Source: Enterobacteria phage RB33. From it: a stretch of DNA of 64,000 nucleotides. Under the pieces are notes generated by a model, which ran no database searches, was not told the origin of the DNA, and worked only from the letters and a program-made list of their open reading frames with translations. This document shows, piece by piece, positions 39,400-49,864 of the stretch. The stretch's first letter is position 1, and each line of letters begins with the position of its first letter. The stretch lies in sequence record KM607001; one strand, 5' to 3'. Both the position numbers and the translations under genes were made by a program.

Positions 39400-39708
39400 T
39401 TAATCTTCTATGATATCTCTATCATATCCAAGTGAAATGAGAGTTTCTTTGAAGTGTTTAATGTTCTTTTGTCTAGAATCATTAATGAAAATGACTGGAT
39501 AACGAATGTTAAGAGATGTGAATCCAGCGCGTTTAGCAAGAGATACAATCAGTGGACGATCATACTCAATCTTACCGTTATTTGTAAGAACTTTATAGAA
39601 AGTAAAAGGAGCATTAAGCTCCTTTAGAAGTTTTGTAACTGATTGACATCCAGGACAACGACCTACTTCATCTGGAATTCCATAGACTTCAATCTTATTT
39701 TGTTTCAC
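39400..39708 (-). CDS. nrdH: glutaredoxin-like protein NrdH, 102 aa
   Basis: CPGC redox motif; position upstream of nrdG/nrdD. Confidence 0.75.
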   Translation of the reverse strand: MKQNKIEVYGIPDEVGRCPGCQSVTKLLKELNAPFTFYKVLTNNGKIEYDRPLIVSLAKRAGFTSLNIRYPVIFINDSRQKNIKHFKETLISLGYDRDIIED

Positions 39709-39710
39709 AA

Positions 39711-39923
39711 CTATTCCTTACTAAGAGCAGCATTCAGCTTGTTAGTAATTTTATCCAGACGCTCATTAAACTCACTAGAAGATAAGCCCTTTTCTGGAGA
39801 AATCAAACTAATCACGAAAAATATAGCAATAAAAGGAATAAGGAAAATAGCTCCAACTGCCATAAACAGAAAGAATGTTACAGTTGTAAGAAAATCAGCT
39901 AAACCTTTACGAAATTTATACAT
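39711..39923 (-). CDS. hypothetical membrane protein
   Basis: 70-aa ORF with hydrophobic core. Confidence 0.5.
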   Translation of the reverse strand: MYKFRKGLADFLTTVTFFLFMAVGAIFLIPFIAIFFVISLISPEKGLSSSEFNERLDKITNKLNAALSKE

Positions 39924-40038
39924 ATTTTACCCTTAATTAATTAACCAAGCATTGATAAGCACTAAACTATATTGGGAATAAAATTCTGGACCAAAATGAA
40001 AAATCATATCATTTATAGTATCCATAATGTAATTCAAT

Positions 40039-40509
40039 TTAATCATGTTTCCACACCCCATCGGTATTTGACCAAAGCCGCTGATTATCTGATCCTCGCC
40101 ACAGCTTTTTGGTCGGAAGATTTTTCTCATACTTCCCATCAATAATAACATCAACATATTTAAGCATTTCTAGTTGTTTAATATCTTCAAACTTATATCC
40201 TGTCCACAACCAAATGCTTTTATTGGGATAAAGATTTTTTACTGTTTGAACAATGCAATGAATAACATCTCGGTTATCAGGATAGAGAGGGTCACCTCCA
40301 GTTATAGTCAATCCTTCTATATAATCATTATTCAAACATTCAATTAATTGCTCTAGTGTTTCACCAGTGAATGGAATACCATTTCTAGCATTCCATGTTG
40401 ATTTATTATAACACCCTTCACATTTATGCAAACAACCTGTAACGAAAAGAACGGTCCTGCAGCCAGGACCATTAATAAAATCGCAAGGATAAAATCTATC
40501 ATAATTCAT
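40039..40509 (-). CDS. nrdG: anaerobic ribonucleotide reductase activating protein NrdG (radical SAM), 156 aa
   Basis: radical-SAM-type cysteine motif CLHKCEGC; ATGA overlap with nrdD. Confidence 0.85.
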   Translation of the reverse strand: MNYDRFYPCDFINGPGCRTVLFVTGCLHKCEGCYNKSTWNARNGIPFTGETLEQLIECLNNDYIEGLTITGGDPLYPDNRDVIHCIVQTVKNLYPNKSIWLWTGYKFEDIKQLEMLKYVDVIIDGKYEKNLPTKKLWRGSDNQRLWSNTDGVWKHD

Positions 40510-42323
40510 TGGTGTTTAACCCTATGCATGATTTCTTTATTTTTGCCGAGATTAAATCCGCGTTCGTTCGGATTTCCCAAATAACCACACGTTCTTCTTA
40601 TTGTGTTCATCTTTTTAGGATCAGTTTCTCCACAAATAGAACAAACAAATCCGTTTTCAGTAGGAGTCATTTCATGGGTACTTCCGCATGTAAAACACTT
40701 ATCTACTGGCATATTAACACCAAAATAATCTAAATGTTGTGCAGCATAATCCCATACAGCCTCAAGACCTTTTAGGTTATTTTTCATATCAGGAAGTTCA
40801 ACATAAGAAATGTGACCACCTGTCGCAATGAAATGATATGGCGCTTCACGAGAAATCTTTTCAAACGGAGTAACATTTTCTTCTACTGAAACGTGGAAAC
40901 TGTTAGTGTACCAGCCTTTATCGGTAACATCTTTTACGCTTCCATATTTTTCTGTATCAAGTTTACAGAAGCGATAACAAAGGTTTTCAGCAGGAGTCGA
41001 ATACAAACTAAAAGCAAACCCAGTTCTTTCAGTCCACTGTTTAAGATGAGCATTCATTTTAGTTAAAATTTCTCGTCCAATATCACGACCGACAAGAATA
41101 TTCAATTCGTGAATACCAATGTATCCTAGGGACACTGAACTTCTACCGTTTTTAAATAACTCAATTATGTCGTCATCAGGTTTAAGACGAACCCCGAATG
41201 CACCTTCTTGGTAAAGAATAGGAGCAACAGTAGCTTTAACTCCTTTTAAGGAACTAATTCTACACATCAAAGCTTCAAAACACAAATCCATACGTTCATT
41301 GAATAATTCAACAAATTTCTGTTCGTTAAATTGTGTTCCAATATAAGAATCTAATGCAATGCGAGGAAGATTCAGTGTTACAACACCAAGATTATTACGT
41401 CCATCAAGAATTTCATTACCAGTCGAATCTTTCCATACGCTCAAGAAACTACGGCAACCCATTGGAGAAACAGGAATAGATGAACCGGTGATAGCTTTAT
41501 TATTCTTAACTGAAATAATATCAGGATACATCCTTTTGCTTGCACACTCTAGAGCAAGCTGCTTAATATCATAGTTCGGATCGTCTTTATAAAGATTAAC
41601 GCCTTCTTCAACGAACATAACAAGTTTAGGAAAAATAGGAGTTATCCCATCACGACCAAGACCTTTAATACGATTTTTCAAAATTGCTTTCTGAATCATT
41701 CGTTCAGTCCAGTCAGTTCCCGTACCAAATGTAATTGTTACAAAAGGAGTCTGTCCGTTTGAACTAAAGAGAGTATTTACTTCATATTCATAAGCTTGGA
41801 ATGCATCGTATACGTCTTTTTCTGTTTTAGATTGGGCATAATTCAGTGCATCGGCGATTTGCCATTTTTCTGCGTCCTCGATATGTTTTGCATAGGTGCG
41901 TTTAACATAAGGAGAAAGTACTTTATCTACATTCGCAAAAGTCGTTCCGCCGTATTGGTGAGAAGCAACCTGTGCGGTAATTTGTGCCATAATTGCAGTA
42001 GCAACGCCAATTGATTTAGGAGTTTCAATCTGCGCATTACCAAGCTTAAATCCGTTCTCAAGCATTCCTTTTAAATCTACTAAACAACAATTAGTAAATG
42101 GAAGAGCAGGGGAATAATCAATATCATGAAAATGAATAATTCCGCTTTCATGCGCTTTCATAATAAAAGACGGGACCTTATTTTTGGCAATGTGTTTAGA
42201 CACAATACCAGCCATAAGGTCCCGTTGAGTTGGAAAAACACGAGAATCTTTATTAGCATTCTCGTTTAAAAGGTCTTTATTAGTTTTATGAATCAATCCT
42301 TCAATTTCTTTTTCAATTGTCAT
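40506..42323 (-). CDS. nrdD: anaerobic ribonucleoside-triphosphate reductase NrdD (glycyl radical enzyme), 605 aa, uninterrupted
   Basis: 605-aa ORF; C-terminal zinc ribbon CFTCGS...CSICG and glycyl radical region. Confidence 0.9.
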   Translation of the reverse strand: MTIEKEIEGLIHKTNKDLLNENANKDSRVFPTQRDLMAGIVSKHIAKNKVPSFIMKAHESGIIHFHDIDYSPALPFTNCCLVDLKGMLENGFKLGNAQIETPKSIGVATAIMAQITAQVASHQYGGTTFANVDKVLSPYVKRTYAKHIEDAEKWQIADALNYAQSKTEKDVYDAFQAYEYEVNTLFSSNGQTPFVTITFGTGTDWTERMIQKAILKNRIKGLGRDGITPIFPKLVMFVEEGVNLYKDDPNYDIKQLALECASKRMYPDIISVKNNKAITGSSIPVSPMGCRSFLSVWKDSTGNEILDGRNNLGVVTLNLPRIALDSYIGTQFNEQKFVELFNERMDLCFEALMCRISSLKGVKATVAPILYQEGAFGVRLKPDDDIIELFKNGRSSVSLGYIGIHELNILVGRDIGREILTKMNAHLKQWTERTGFAFSLYSTPAENLCYRFCKLDTEKYGSVKDVTDKGWYTNSFHVSVEENVTPFEKISREAPYHFIATGGHISYVELPDMKNNLKGLEAVWDYAAQHLDYFGVNMPVDKCFTCGSTHEMTPTENGFVCSICGETDPKKMNTIRRTCGYLGNPNERGFNLGKNKEIMHRVKHQ

Positions 42324-42793
42324 TTTAAACTCTTTCTAAGCTGCTTCTTAAATGAAGCTATTAATTGTGTTTTGGTGTCAGATTCATTATATTCAAATCC
42401 TCTTTGAAGCATCTCGGCCATCATTTCCTCTTTTCCTAAACGAGAAAATTCCTTTGATTTATCTCCAACAAAGTTAGGGTGAATATTATTTTGGGTGTAA
42501 TCGGATTTTAAATAAGTAAGTAAATTTTCTAACCATTCAAGATAATCAACACCTTGTCCCTTTAAGCCAGAACGATTAAATTTATGCTTCATTTGACCTT
42601 CTGCGGCATTGCATAGATTACAAAGCAATCCACGTACCTTTCCTGCTTTTGGTCCATTTAATTCATGGTCATGATCAAGATGATTAGCTTGAACATCAGG
42701 ATTTAGTTCTCGTTGGCAAATTAAGCATTTACCGTTTTGTGCATTATAAAATTTCTGTTTTTCTTCTTTGTATAATTTGCCAGTCAATAACAT
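42320..42793 (-). CDS. 49: endonuclease VII (Holliday junction resolvase) gp49, 157 aa
   Basis: zinc-binding CLICQ...CNLCN and H-N-H-like core; 157 aa as T4 gp49. Confidence 0.9.
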   Translation of the reverse strand: MLLTGKLYKEEKQKFYNAQNGKCLICQRELNPDVQANHLDHDHELNGPKAGKVRGLLCNLCNAAEGQMKHKFNRSGLKGQGVDYLEWLENLLTYLKSDYTQNNIHPNFVGDKSKEFSRLGKEEMMAEMLQRGFEYNESDTKTQLIASFKKQLRKSLK

Positions 42794-42835
42794 AATAAAA
42801 CCCTTACCTTAAATAGATAAGGGTATTTATTATTT

Positions 42836-43125
42836 TTAAGTATTGTAAAACATTCGATGCAATCGTTTATACTGTCGAATCATCTTTTTAGTAGGACGAG
42901 AATAGGTTCCTACGCAAGTGGTCATATGAGGGTCCGTAGAATGTCCTTTAATAAAAAGTTTCCAAACCTTACCGCCATTTAACTTTTCAGTATAAACCAA
43001 TTCGGTTTTCATTAAAATGTCCTGTCAGAAAAAGAATTTTGAGTTTTTTCAAGTATTATAAAACATTTGATGCAATCGCTTATATTGCCGAATCATTTGG
43101 TCAGAAAAAGAATTTTGAGTTTCAA
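42836..43125. repeat. imperfect direct repeats flanking a degenerate small ORF next to pin
   Basis: ~46-bp segment at 42839-42883 and 43051-43096 (about 5 mismatches); 22-bp segment tcagaaaaagaattttgagttt at 43025-43047 and 43101-43122. Confidence 0.7.
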
Positions 43126-43534
43126 GCCATTCAATATATTCTGCCGCAGCTTGCATCAGGTTACCTTCATAGCCATCGTTATTTTCTTGCGCAGCTAATT
43201 TAGCTAATGCGTATGAAATACGTTCACCTTGAAAAGAGGCTTCAGGCTTCTGAACAACTTGATTAGTTCGCTCTACAACTTCTTCAATTTCGCCATTTTC
43301 AACGGATTCAGTATTCCACAAGCACCAATACGTAATTGGCTTATCATAGATATTAATAATCTTTCCACCAGAAAGTTCAATTTCAATAATTCCAGTATCA
43401 GGCTCTATATCATCTTCACATTCTTTTGTAAGTTCACGAACTTTAAAGACAGTACCTGCACTAAGTTCCGGCCAGTAATTACACAGCCCTGTATCAGCAC
43501 GATTAATTCTAAACCACTTATCTACTGTAATCAT
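43049..43534 (-). CDS. pin: Pin-like protein (inhibitor of host Lon protease), 161 aa
   Basis: 161 aa from ATG 43534 (track start is TTG); size and position as T4 Pin. Confidence 0.6.
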   Translation of the reverse strand: MITVDKWFRINRADTGLCNYWPELSAGTVFKVRELTKECEDDIEPDTGIIEIELSGGKIINIYDKPITYWCLWNTESVENGEIEEVVERTNQVVQKPEASFQGERISYALAKLAAQENNDGYEGNLMQAAAEYIEWLETQNSFSDQMIRQYKRLHQMFYNT

Positions 43535-43829
43535 GTCCCATCTCCATATCAATTAAGTCATTTATCGTTGGTTCATTATATACTGTTTCTTCATCAGTGT
43601 AAACCGGTTCTTCCGGCTCTGGCTCTACAGTTTCCCATCTAGCCGCCCACCAGGGTTTAACCCCGAAGCTTATTAAGTTCTTCATAATCAATCCAGGATT
43701 CTAGTCCTGATGGCAAATCAGATTCAATTTCCCAAAGAAGTTCTTCAATTTTCTGAAGACGATCTAATTCTTCAGCTGGAATAGTAACCATTGATGGAGT
43801 TCTTGATACACTAATATCGTAAATCATAT

Positions 43830-44045
43830 TTACCCCAGTTTAACCATGCAATCGCCGTATTTCCACTTAGAAATAGACTTTTCGCCATTAGAATAATAAA
43901 CTTCGAGTTTAGCACGGTTATTTTTAATTTGAATAATCTTTGCTGTCATCAAAGTTCCATACCCATAGTAAACTGCAACTTCATCACCTACATATACCGC
44001 GCTTCCGCGGTAATCATGGATATAATCAGTTCCTTCGAGCATCAT
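43830..44045 (-). CDS. hypothetical protein
   Basis: 71-aa ORF in track. Confidence 0.45.
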   Translation of the reverse strand: MMLEGTDYIHDYRGSAVYVGDEVAVYYGYGTLMTAKIIQIKNNRAKLEVYYSNGEKSISKWKYGDCMVKLG

Positions 44046-44305
44046 TTAAAGTATTCCCGCAATTGGTCAAATCCACCAATATAACTTCCATCAGGAGCAA
44101 ATACCTGAGGCATTGTCAAGCCGATTTGAGTATCACGACCTAGTTTCGTCAGAAGCTCAGCAATTTTCTCATCATCAAAAACACCTTTTTCCGGCATAAT
44201 GTTGATAAATTCAAACGGCTGTTTCTTCACGGTCAAAAGACGTTTTGCATTATCACAATACACGCATTTATGAATGTTGCTATCATAACCATATACTTTA
44301 AACAT
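44042..44305 (-). CDS. nrdC: thioredoxin NrdC, 87 aa
   Basis: CVYC active site; 87 aa as T4 NrdC. Confidence 0.85.
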   Translation of the reverse strand: MFKVYGYDSNIHKCVYCDNAKRLLTVKKQPFEFINIMPEKGVFDDEKIAELLTKLGRDTQIGLTMPQVFAPDGSYIGGFDQLREYFK

Positions 44306-44306
44306 A

Positions 44307-44549
44307 TTATTCCTTAATTCCTAGTACTTGTTTAAAAGTCTCGTCGTAATCAAGACTTTGGCCCGTTTGTTCTTTATATTTGTATATAATATCACTTACT
44401 TCTGATAGCATATTTTTATATGAACGAGTTAAAGCAGATTTAAGCACGCTGTATCTATCAGGAAATTTACCATGTTCATTATAATAAGCTATTGTTAATT
44501 CACGGACTGCCTTTTCAGCAGTCTCCATATATTCTTTACGCTTGGTCAT
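44307..44549 (-). CDS. hypothetical protein
   Basis: ORF in track (44307..44690); start moved to internal Met MTKRKEY. Confidence 0.45.
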   Translation of the reverse strand: MTKRKEYMETAEKAVRELTIAYYNEHGKFPDRYSVLKSALTRSYKNMLSEVSDIIYKYKEQTGQSLDYDETFKQVLGIKE

Positions 44550-44850
44550 TTTCTTCTCGGTCAAATCGGTGTTTACAATGACGACATTTATAACGAAGAT
44601 TACTAGTCTGCCAATGGACCAATTGCACCTGTTCAGTTCCACATTCAGGGCAATTAGGAACGTTTTTAGAAGCCCTTTCGCGACGTTCAACCATGACCAT
44701 TACAGAATCCCAATTAACAGGAGGGCTATAATCATCACAACCATGAATCTTTCCACGCATTTCCAGATCGTCTTCTTCACCAGCCATAATAATTTTAATT
44801 AGACTAGAATTACTTGAAGCTGCAATGTCTTCTAATAGACGCTTTTTCAT
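44536..44850 (-). CDS. zinc-ribbon protein
   Basis: CPECG...CRHCKH motif. Confidence 0.5.
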   Translation of the reverse strand: MKKRLLEDIAASSNSSLIKIIMAGEEDDLEMRGKIHGCDDYSPPVNWDSVMVMVERRERASKNVPNCPECGTEQVQLVHWQTSNLRYKCRHCKHRFDREENDQA

Positions 44851-45773
44851 TTCAATACCTCAATAGCATTGCGTAAACCATTTGCTTTGGCGGTTAAAGC
44901 CTTAAGAACTTTAGTATGCTCTTCAATTTGTTTTTCAACTTCAATCAAACGAGCATTGAGATATTCGCGTTCTTCTTTCATAGTATCATTCCCATGATTG
45001 GATTTTGGTGTAGGTTTAAATTCACTAGGGTCCTTTAATTTAATAACAAATTTAGTTTCAAACAGCGAAAGACCATAATTCGTATTATCATCAAAGGATT
45101 TGACTACATCCATATCAGATAATAACACGCGTAAATTATAAGCCAAAGAACTAATAGTTTCATTGTGTTTATTAGCTTCGCGTGGTTTCATATACGGAAG
45201 ATTTTTATATATCTCGTGCGGAGCACAAATGATAATTGACAATTCAAATTGCCCATTCTGGGACGATGGAGTGAATTTAGCCGTAACCCAGTCTTTTACA
45301 TTCACATTAATAGTACGGTTATCACCATGACAAAACAGTCTACGAGAATGCTTAAAAAGCATATTCACGTTATTATTGAATTCGTGTGAAAATTCACTAG
45401 CAAATTTTTCTTTACTATCTTTAGAAAACCATTCTTCTAAATAAGTTCTTTTCACGTCGTTAATAATATTAAATGTAACAACACTAGCATTTGATACATT
45501 AGTCTCAATGTAGCTTGGATACATAAATTTTTTAACATTATTAACAGCTATCACAGAAGATAGTAATCGGGAACGTTTGAACCACTCGAGCAAAGAACCA
45601 AGAGAATGTGAATACGCATTTTGTGTATCTTTACAAATATGGTTTTCCCATCCAATATAGTCTAAAAAATCACGAAGAATATTATTGATTACTGCTCTGT
45701 GCCCGATCTGATAATTACGGTGTTTAGTAATAAGACTGTCAAAATAATCAATATAATGTTTACGAGTTTTCAT
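44847..45773 (-). CDS. protein with C-terminal coiled coil (family member 1), 308 aa
   Basis: ORF in track; same architecture as the next three ORFs. Confidence 0.6.
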   Translation of the reverse strand: MKTRKHYIDYFDSLITKHRNYQIGHRAVINNILRDFLDYIGWENHICKDTQNAYSHSLGSLLEWFKRSRLLSSVIAVNNVKKFMYPSYIETNVSNASVVTFNIINDVKRTYLEEWFSKDSKEKFASEFSHEFNNNVNMLFKHSRRLFCHGDNRTINVNVKDWVTAKFTPSSQNGQFELSIIICAPHEIYKNLPYMKPREANKHNETISSLAYNLRVLLSDMDVVKSFDDNTNYGLSLFETKFVIKLKDPSEFKPTPKSNHGNDTMKEEREYLNARLIEVEKQIEEHTKVLKALTAKANGLRNAIEVLK

Positions 45774-45825
45774 ATTCTTCTCACTTGGTTAATGGTTTAT
45801 ACTCCGAGCCATCCTTGGCTTTAAA

Positions 45826-46827
45826 TTACTTAATTAACTGTAAAGCTTGTTCAAGACGATCAAGACGATTAACGGATTCTTCCCAAATCTTTTTAGCCTG
45901 CTCATATTCTTTCTGCGCTTTATTAGAAATTTCTAGAACTTCTTTATAAGCTTTTTCTAGTGCAATAACTTCTGGACGAATTTCTATCGGTTCAGGTGAA
46001 TCATCAAGACATTCCATTAGTTCCTCAAGGGTAGTTTCTTCTTTAGGAGTATTCACAATTTCATCACATTTTTGTTGGTAAATTTCTTTATCAGTAGGTG
46101 AATAAGCACATTTCACTTCACGAAGGCTAATTATAATTTTATATCCTTCCCAACCACACATATTTTTGAAAGGATATGTATGAATACTTTTTACAGTTTC
46201 CATACAGCCCAAAACCGCCTCTAATTGATAAGTTATAGTGCTAGCAATTGAGAAAAATTTATTAATGCTCTTTTGGTTAGCTTCTGGTGTAAAAAATCCA
46301 TAATTCACAAAAATAGATACTTTATTTTTATCAAGTTCATATTCTTTTATGATAATCATATCAGAAGCCAAAGGATGAATTTGACGATAATCGCCATAAC
46401 ATAATTTAGAAGCTGATTTTAGAATTTGTCCTTTGAAAAGTCTGAAATTACTAATCCAACGACGAGTAAAAATATTCTCAGGGTCTTCTTTATTATTGAG
46501 ATGATAAGAATTAACATCACCGAACCAATTATATCCTACTACATCTTTAGTTCGTTTAATTTCTTTCCCAAAATTACCAAGAATATCCCGATTAACCAAA
46601 TATGAAAGAAGACGAGACTCTTTAAAGGTTTTCTTGATAACATCTTTATCTACACGGCTAGAAATTTTACGAACTTCATGAATAAATTTGCCGGAAGAAA
46701 CAATACCTGCATCAACACTATTGAGCCATTGATTGATAATAGAAAGAACGCTATTTTGGCCAAACATCGGTATAGCTTTATCATCAATAACGCTATTGAA
46801 TGATTTGATATATTCGTTACGAGTCAT
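45826..46827 (-). CDS. protein with C-terminal coiled coil (family member 2), ~333 aa
   Basis: start moved to MTRNEY after GAGGAG; early promoter lies inside the track ORF extension. Confidence 0.6.
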   Translation of the reverse strand: MTRNEYIKSFNSVIDDKAIPMFGQNSVLSIINQWLNSVDAGIVSSGKFIHEVRKISSRVDKDVIKKTFKESRLLSYLVNRDILGNFGKEIKRTKDVVGYNWFGDVNSYHLNNKEDPENIFTRRWISNFRLFKGQILKSASKLCYGDYRQIHPLASDMIIIKEYELDKNKVSIFVNYGFFTPEANQKSINKFFSIASTITYQLEAVLGCMETVKSIHTYPFKNMCGWEGYKIIISLREVKCAYSPTDKEIYQQKCDEIVNTPKEETTLEELMECLDDSPEPIEIRPEVIALEKAYKEVLEISNKAQKEYEQAKKIWEESVNRLDRLEQALQLIK

Positions 46828-46855
46828 ATTAATCTCCTCAGTAGAAAGTAAGAAC

Positions 46856-46885
46856 ATTATACCACATCCTTGTGGCAAAGTAAAC
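46856..46885 (-). promoter_or_regulatory. T4-type early promoter
   Basis: minus strand GTTTACtttgccacaaggatgtggTATAAT. Confidence 0.6.
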
Positions 46886-47907
46886 TAGTTCAGTGCATTT
46901 AGTGCATTGTTCAGTTTAGAACGTTGCTTTGTCAGATTTTGAACCCTTGACTGAGCTTGTTCTAACGCCTTTTCAGCTTCTAGCACTTCATTGGTAGCTT
47001 TAACGAGTTCATCATCTACTGCCTTAAGAGACTTCTCAATCGCGTCAGCGTGCCATTTTTCTACAGGTTTAAAATTTGAATTTTCAGTAGGAAGAAAACT
47101 CACTTTATTAAGTTTACATGCATCTATATTGCTTGAGCTATACATCCAAAATTTAGGATCGTTTGATAAGTAATTGGATAAATTTAAGTTATCTTGCACT
47201 TCCTGCTTTTTCTCTTGCGGGACTTCGTCCTTTCTCAAAAAATCGTATTTAAATGAAACGATCATATCAAGTTCATATGTTGTTGTATGTTCCCAATTTC
47301 GCTCAAAACGAGGTAAAATCTTAGATTGAACAGCAGCAACAACATCCATATACTTAAATGCTTCTGTCAGCTGTGATTTAAGACATTCACAAATTGAAAG
47401 AGAATTTTTAGTATTAGGCTTAAAGCTAATTCGTGCAGTTCTATTATTTTCTTTTAACGGTCTTACTTCCATCTGAAGAGTATAACCATCAAATTTCAGA
47501 TTCTTTAAGTTAATATCAGAGCCTTTTAATCGACTAGCAGTAGACAAAATTTGCTTTAATTGTCTACGGAACAGAGCAATAAATCTCCATTCAATACGAT
47601 AATGATTTGGATTGAAAAATCCAGATGATAAATCGACCTTACTTTGACCAACGCCTTGAACAATCAAAGGATTTTTATAATCAATAGTTTTACAGAAATC
47701 GGTGAGCTGTTCACGAGCAGTCATTTGTGTAATATACCCTGCTTTACTAAAATTACGCACCCATTCACTGCTATTCGTATACTTAAAGTGATGAATAACA
47801 CGATTAACTTTATCAGGGTCTAAATTATTTTGGCACAAAAATGTCATAACATCACGAGTATAACTGGCATTACGAACCATATCTTCAATTTGAGAACGAG
47901 TTTTCAT
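46885..47907 (-). CDS. protein with C-terminal coiled coil (family member 3), 340 aa
   Basis: ORF in track. Confidence 0.6.
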   Translation of the reverse strand: MKTRSQIEDMVRNASYTRDVMTFLCQNNLDPDKVNRVIHHFKYTNSSEWVRNFSKAGYITQMTAREQLTDFCKTIDYKNPLIVQGVGQSKVDLSSGFFNPNHYRIEWRFIALFRRQLKQILSTASRLKGSDINLKNLKFDGYTLQMEVRPLKENNRTARISFKPNTKNSLSICECLKSQLTEAFKYMDVVAAVQSKILPRFERNWEHTTTYELDMIVSFKYDFLRKDEVPQEKKQEVQDNLNLSNYLSNDPKFWMYSSSNIDACKLNKVSFLPTENSNFKPVEKWHADAIEKSLKAVDDELVKATNEVLEAEKALEQAQSRVQNLTKQRSKLNNALNALN

Positions 47908-47915
47908 AGTGTTCC

Positions 47916-48827
47916 TTAAGATTTAAGTAAATCAACAATTTTAATTAACTTTTCACGCTCAGATTTAGCTTTACTACTCAGTCCAGATAGTCTGAAAATT
48001 TCATCATCATATTGTTGAATAGAAATATTCAGCTCTTCAATTTGCTTATTAAAATAATCAATTTGCTCAGAATGTTTTTCGTTACTACGAACTGGTACAG
48101 GGTTTGTAGGCAATTTAGTTAAACTGGATTCATCCGGGCGATAAATTAAAATGCAATTTGAACCAATCGGGCATTTAGCACCAGATGAATATTCTAATGT
48201 TCCAGATTCTTTTAAAACTTCAAAAGCTAAACAGAGATGATGCCCCATATTGACATAATCTGTAGAGTGAGCTCTGATATAATAATCATCGCCGCGAATA
48301 CTAAATTTAAAGCATTTAAGGTCTTCTGTATTATTGGTCTTAAAAATCATTTGTTTATCTAGACCTTTAGCTAATCGAGCGCCTAATGCTAATAATCGTC
48401 GTTGATTTTCCCACAAATCTGCGATCATTTGACCAAATGATAATTTCGGCATTAGTCGACCATAAAGGTCATATCCTTTATTATAATTGCGAAGGATTTC
48501 ACTCGCATTAATACGAGACAATGCTCCAATTTTATTAAGGGCTTTCATGATGCGATTAGATAAACTCATTCCAGACCCGTTTGTTCGCTGTAAATGTTTT
48601 TCTAATCCAAATCCAATATCAACTTTAAATTTATCTAAAATTTCAGCATGAACATCTCTGTCAATAACATTCAAATCCAAAGTTGGGTTAAATCTATGAA
48701 AAAATTTATCTGGCTCTCCACGACGAAATACAGTCCATTCATTCATCATTTTTTTATTAACTAAAGATTTAATTACTGCATTGACATTATTAATTACGAC
48801 TGACATATTTTCCTCACTCAATTTCAA
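47916..48827 (-). CDS. protein with C-terminal coiled coil (family member 4), 303 aa
   Basis: ORF in track. Confidence 0.6.
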   Translation of the reverse strand: MKLSEENMSVVINNVNAVIKSLVNKKMMNEWTVFRRGEPDKFFHRFNPTLDLNVIDRDVHAEILDKFKVDIGFGLEKHLQRTNGSGMSLSNRIMKALNKIGALSRINASEILRNYNKGYDLYGRLMPKLSFGQMIADLWENQRRLLALGARLAKGLDKQMIFKTNNTEDLKCFKFSIRGDDYYIRAHSTDYVNMGHHLCLAFEVLKESGTLEYSSGAKCPIGSNCILIYRPDESSLTKLPTNPVPVRSNEKHSEQIDYFNKQIEELNISIQQYDDEIFRLSGLSSKAKSEREKLIKIVDLLKS

Positions 48828-49221
48828 TTTTACTAAATATACAGAATAAGATGGAACAGACTATATAAGCACCACACACAGATTGAACTAATACCATTCC
48901 AAAGAACCAAACAATATTATCAAACAATGTCTGTTTTACGTCGAAAGGACGTAAACTTACAGTAATATTATCACCTTTTTCTATTGAAGAATACATCTCT
49001 GGGGAAATATATTCACTAAATCTATAACCGTCTTTGAGTTCATATACAGCAATAAACGATAAACTAGACCCCTTTCCTTGAGTTCCTGTAAGGGTATTAA
49101 CTACAGTAACATCATAATCTTTATAATGCATATAATCATTAATTGCGTAATAACCATATGCAATTACTATACATAAACAACATATCAATAAATTCAATCT
49201 TTTAATTATCAACTGTTTCAT
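48814..49221 (-). CDS. hypothetical membrane protein, 135 aa
   Basis: two hydrophobic segments. Confidence 0.55.
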   Translation of the reverse strand: MKQLIIKRLNLLICCLCIVIAYGYYAINDYMHYKDYDVTVVNTLTGTQGKGSSLSFIAVYELKDGYRFSEYISPEMYSSIEKGDNITVSLRPFDVKQTLFDNIVWFFGMVLVQSVCGAYIVCSILFCIFSKIEIE

Positions 49222-49276
49222 AATAATCTCAATTAAAAGGGCTTAGAACCATTATACCATCCTTGGTATAAAGCGG

Positions 49277-49804
49277 TTATGCGAGTACCGTCTTTAACCG
49301 TTCTTCAAACTTCCGAAGAGTATTCTGGCGTTCAGCTCTTTGCTTTTTGTAAGTTTCAATACGCTCTGAAATGAGAGTGTATCGTTCATTTACTGATTCT
49401 TTCATAAAATCAGGAATTTCACGAGAAGCTTTAATCTCATCAAATTTATCAATAACAACTTGCTCTTCAGCAATTAAGTTATCATACATTAAAATATCTT
49501 TCTTGATGAACTCAATATCTTCTTGAGTTACACGAGATAATTTAGATGCTTTATCCTTTTTGTACTGTTCATTAGTATCACGAGACCAGTGTAATGTACG
49601 ATTTTTATTCGTATTCTTGTAAATTTCTACAATACCAATCTCATCGATAATAACGATCCAATTCCAACGGGATTTGTAAATTTGTCCTCCATCAACCGTG
49701 ATTTCACCTCCAATTGAGATGTCATTAAAGAACTTGCTTTGTGCTTCAGATTTAAATTTACCATCGTTGTAATTTACCAGGTTGAAAATATCTTTAGCGT
49801 TCAT
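49277..49804 (-). CDS. hypothetical protein with C-terminal coiled coil, 175 aa
   Basis: ORF in track. Confidence 0.55.
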   Translation of the reverse strand: MNAKDIFNLVNYNDGKFKSEAQSKFFNDISIGGEITVDGGQIYKSRWNWIVIIDEIGIVEIYKNTNKNRTLHWSRDTNEQYKKDKASKLSRVTQEDIEFIKKDILMYDNLIAEEQVVIDKFDEIKASREIPDFMKESVNERYTLISERIETYKKQRAERQNTLRKFEERLKTVLA

Positions 49805-49831
49805 TTTGTGTTCCTCCGTAGTTGATAGTTG

Positions 49832-49861
49832 TATAGTACCACAGAGGAACAGTCTTGTAAA
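49832..49861 (-). promoter_or_regulatory. T4-type early promoter (conserved module)
   Basis: GTTTAC-18 bp-TACTAT upstream of 49804. Confidence 0.5.
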
Positions 49862-49864
49862 CCA

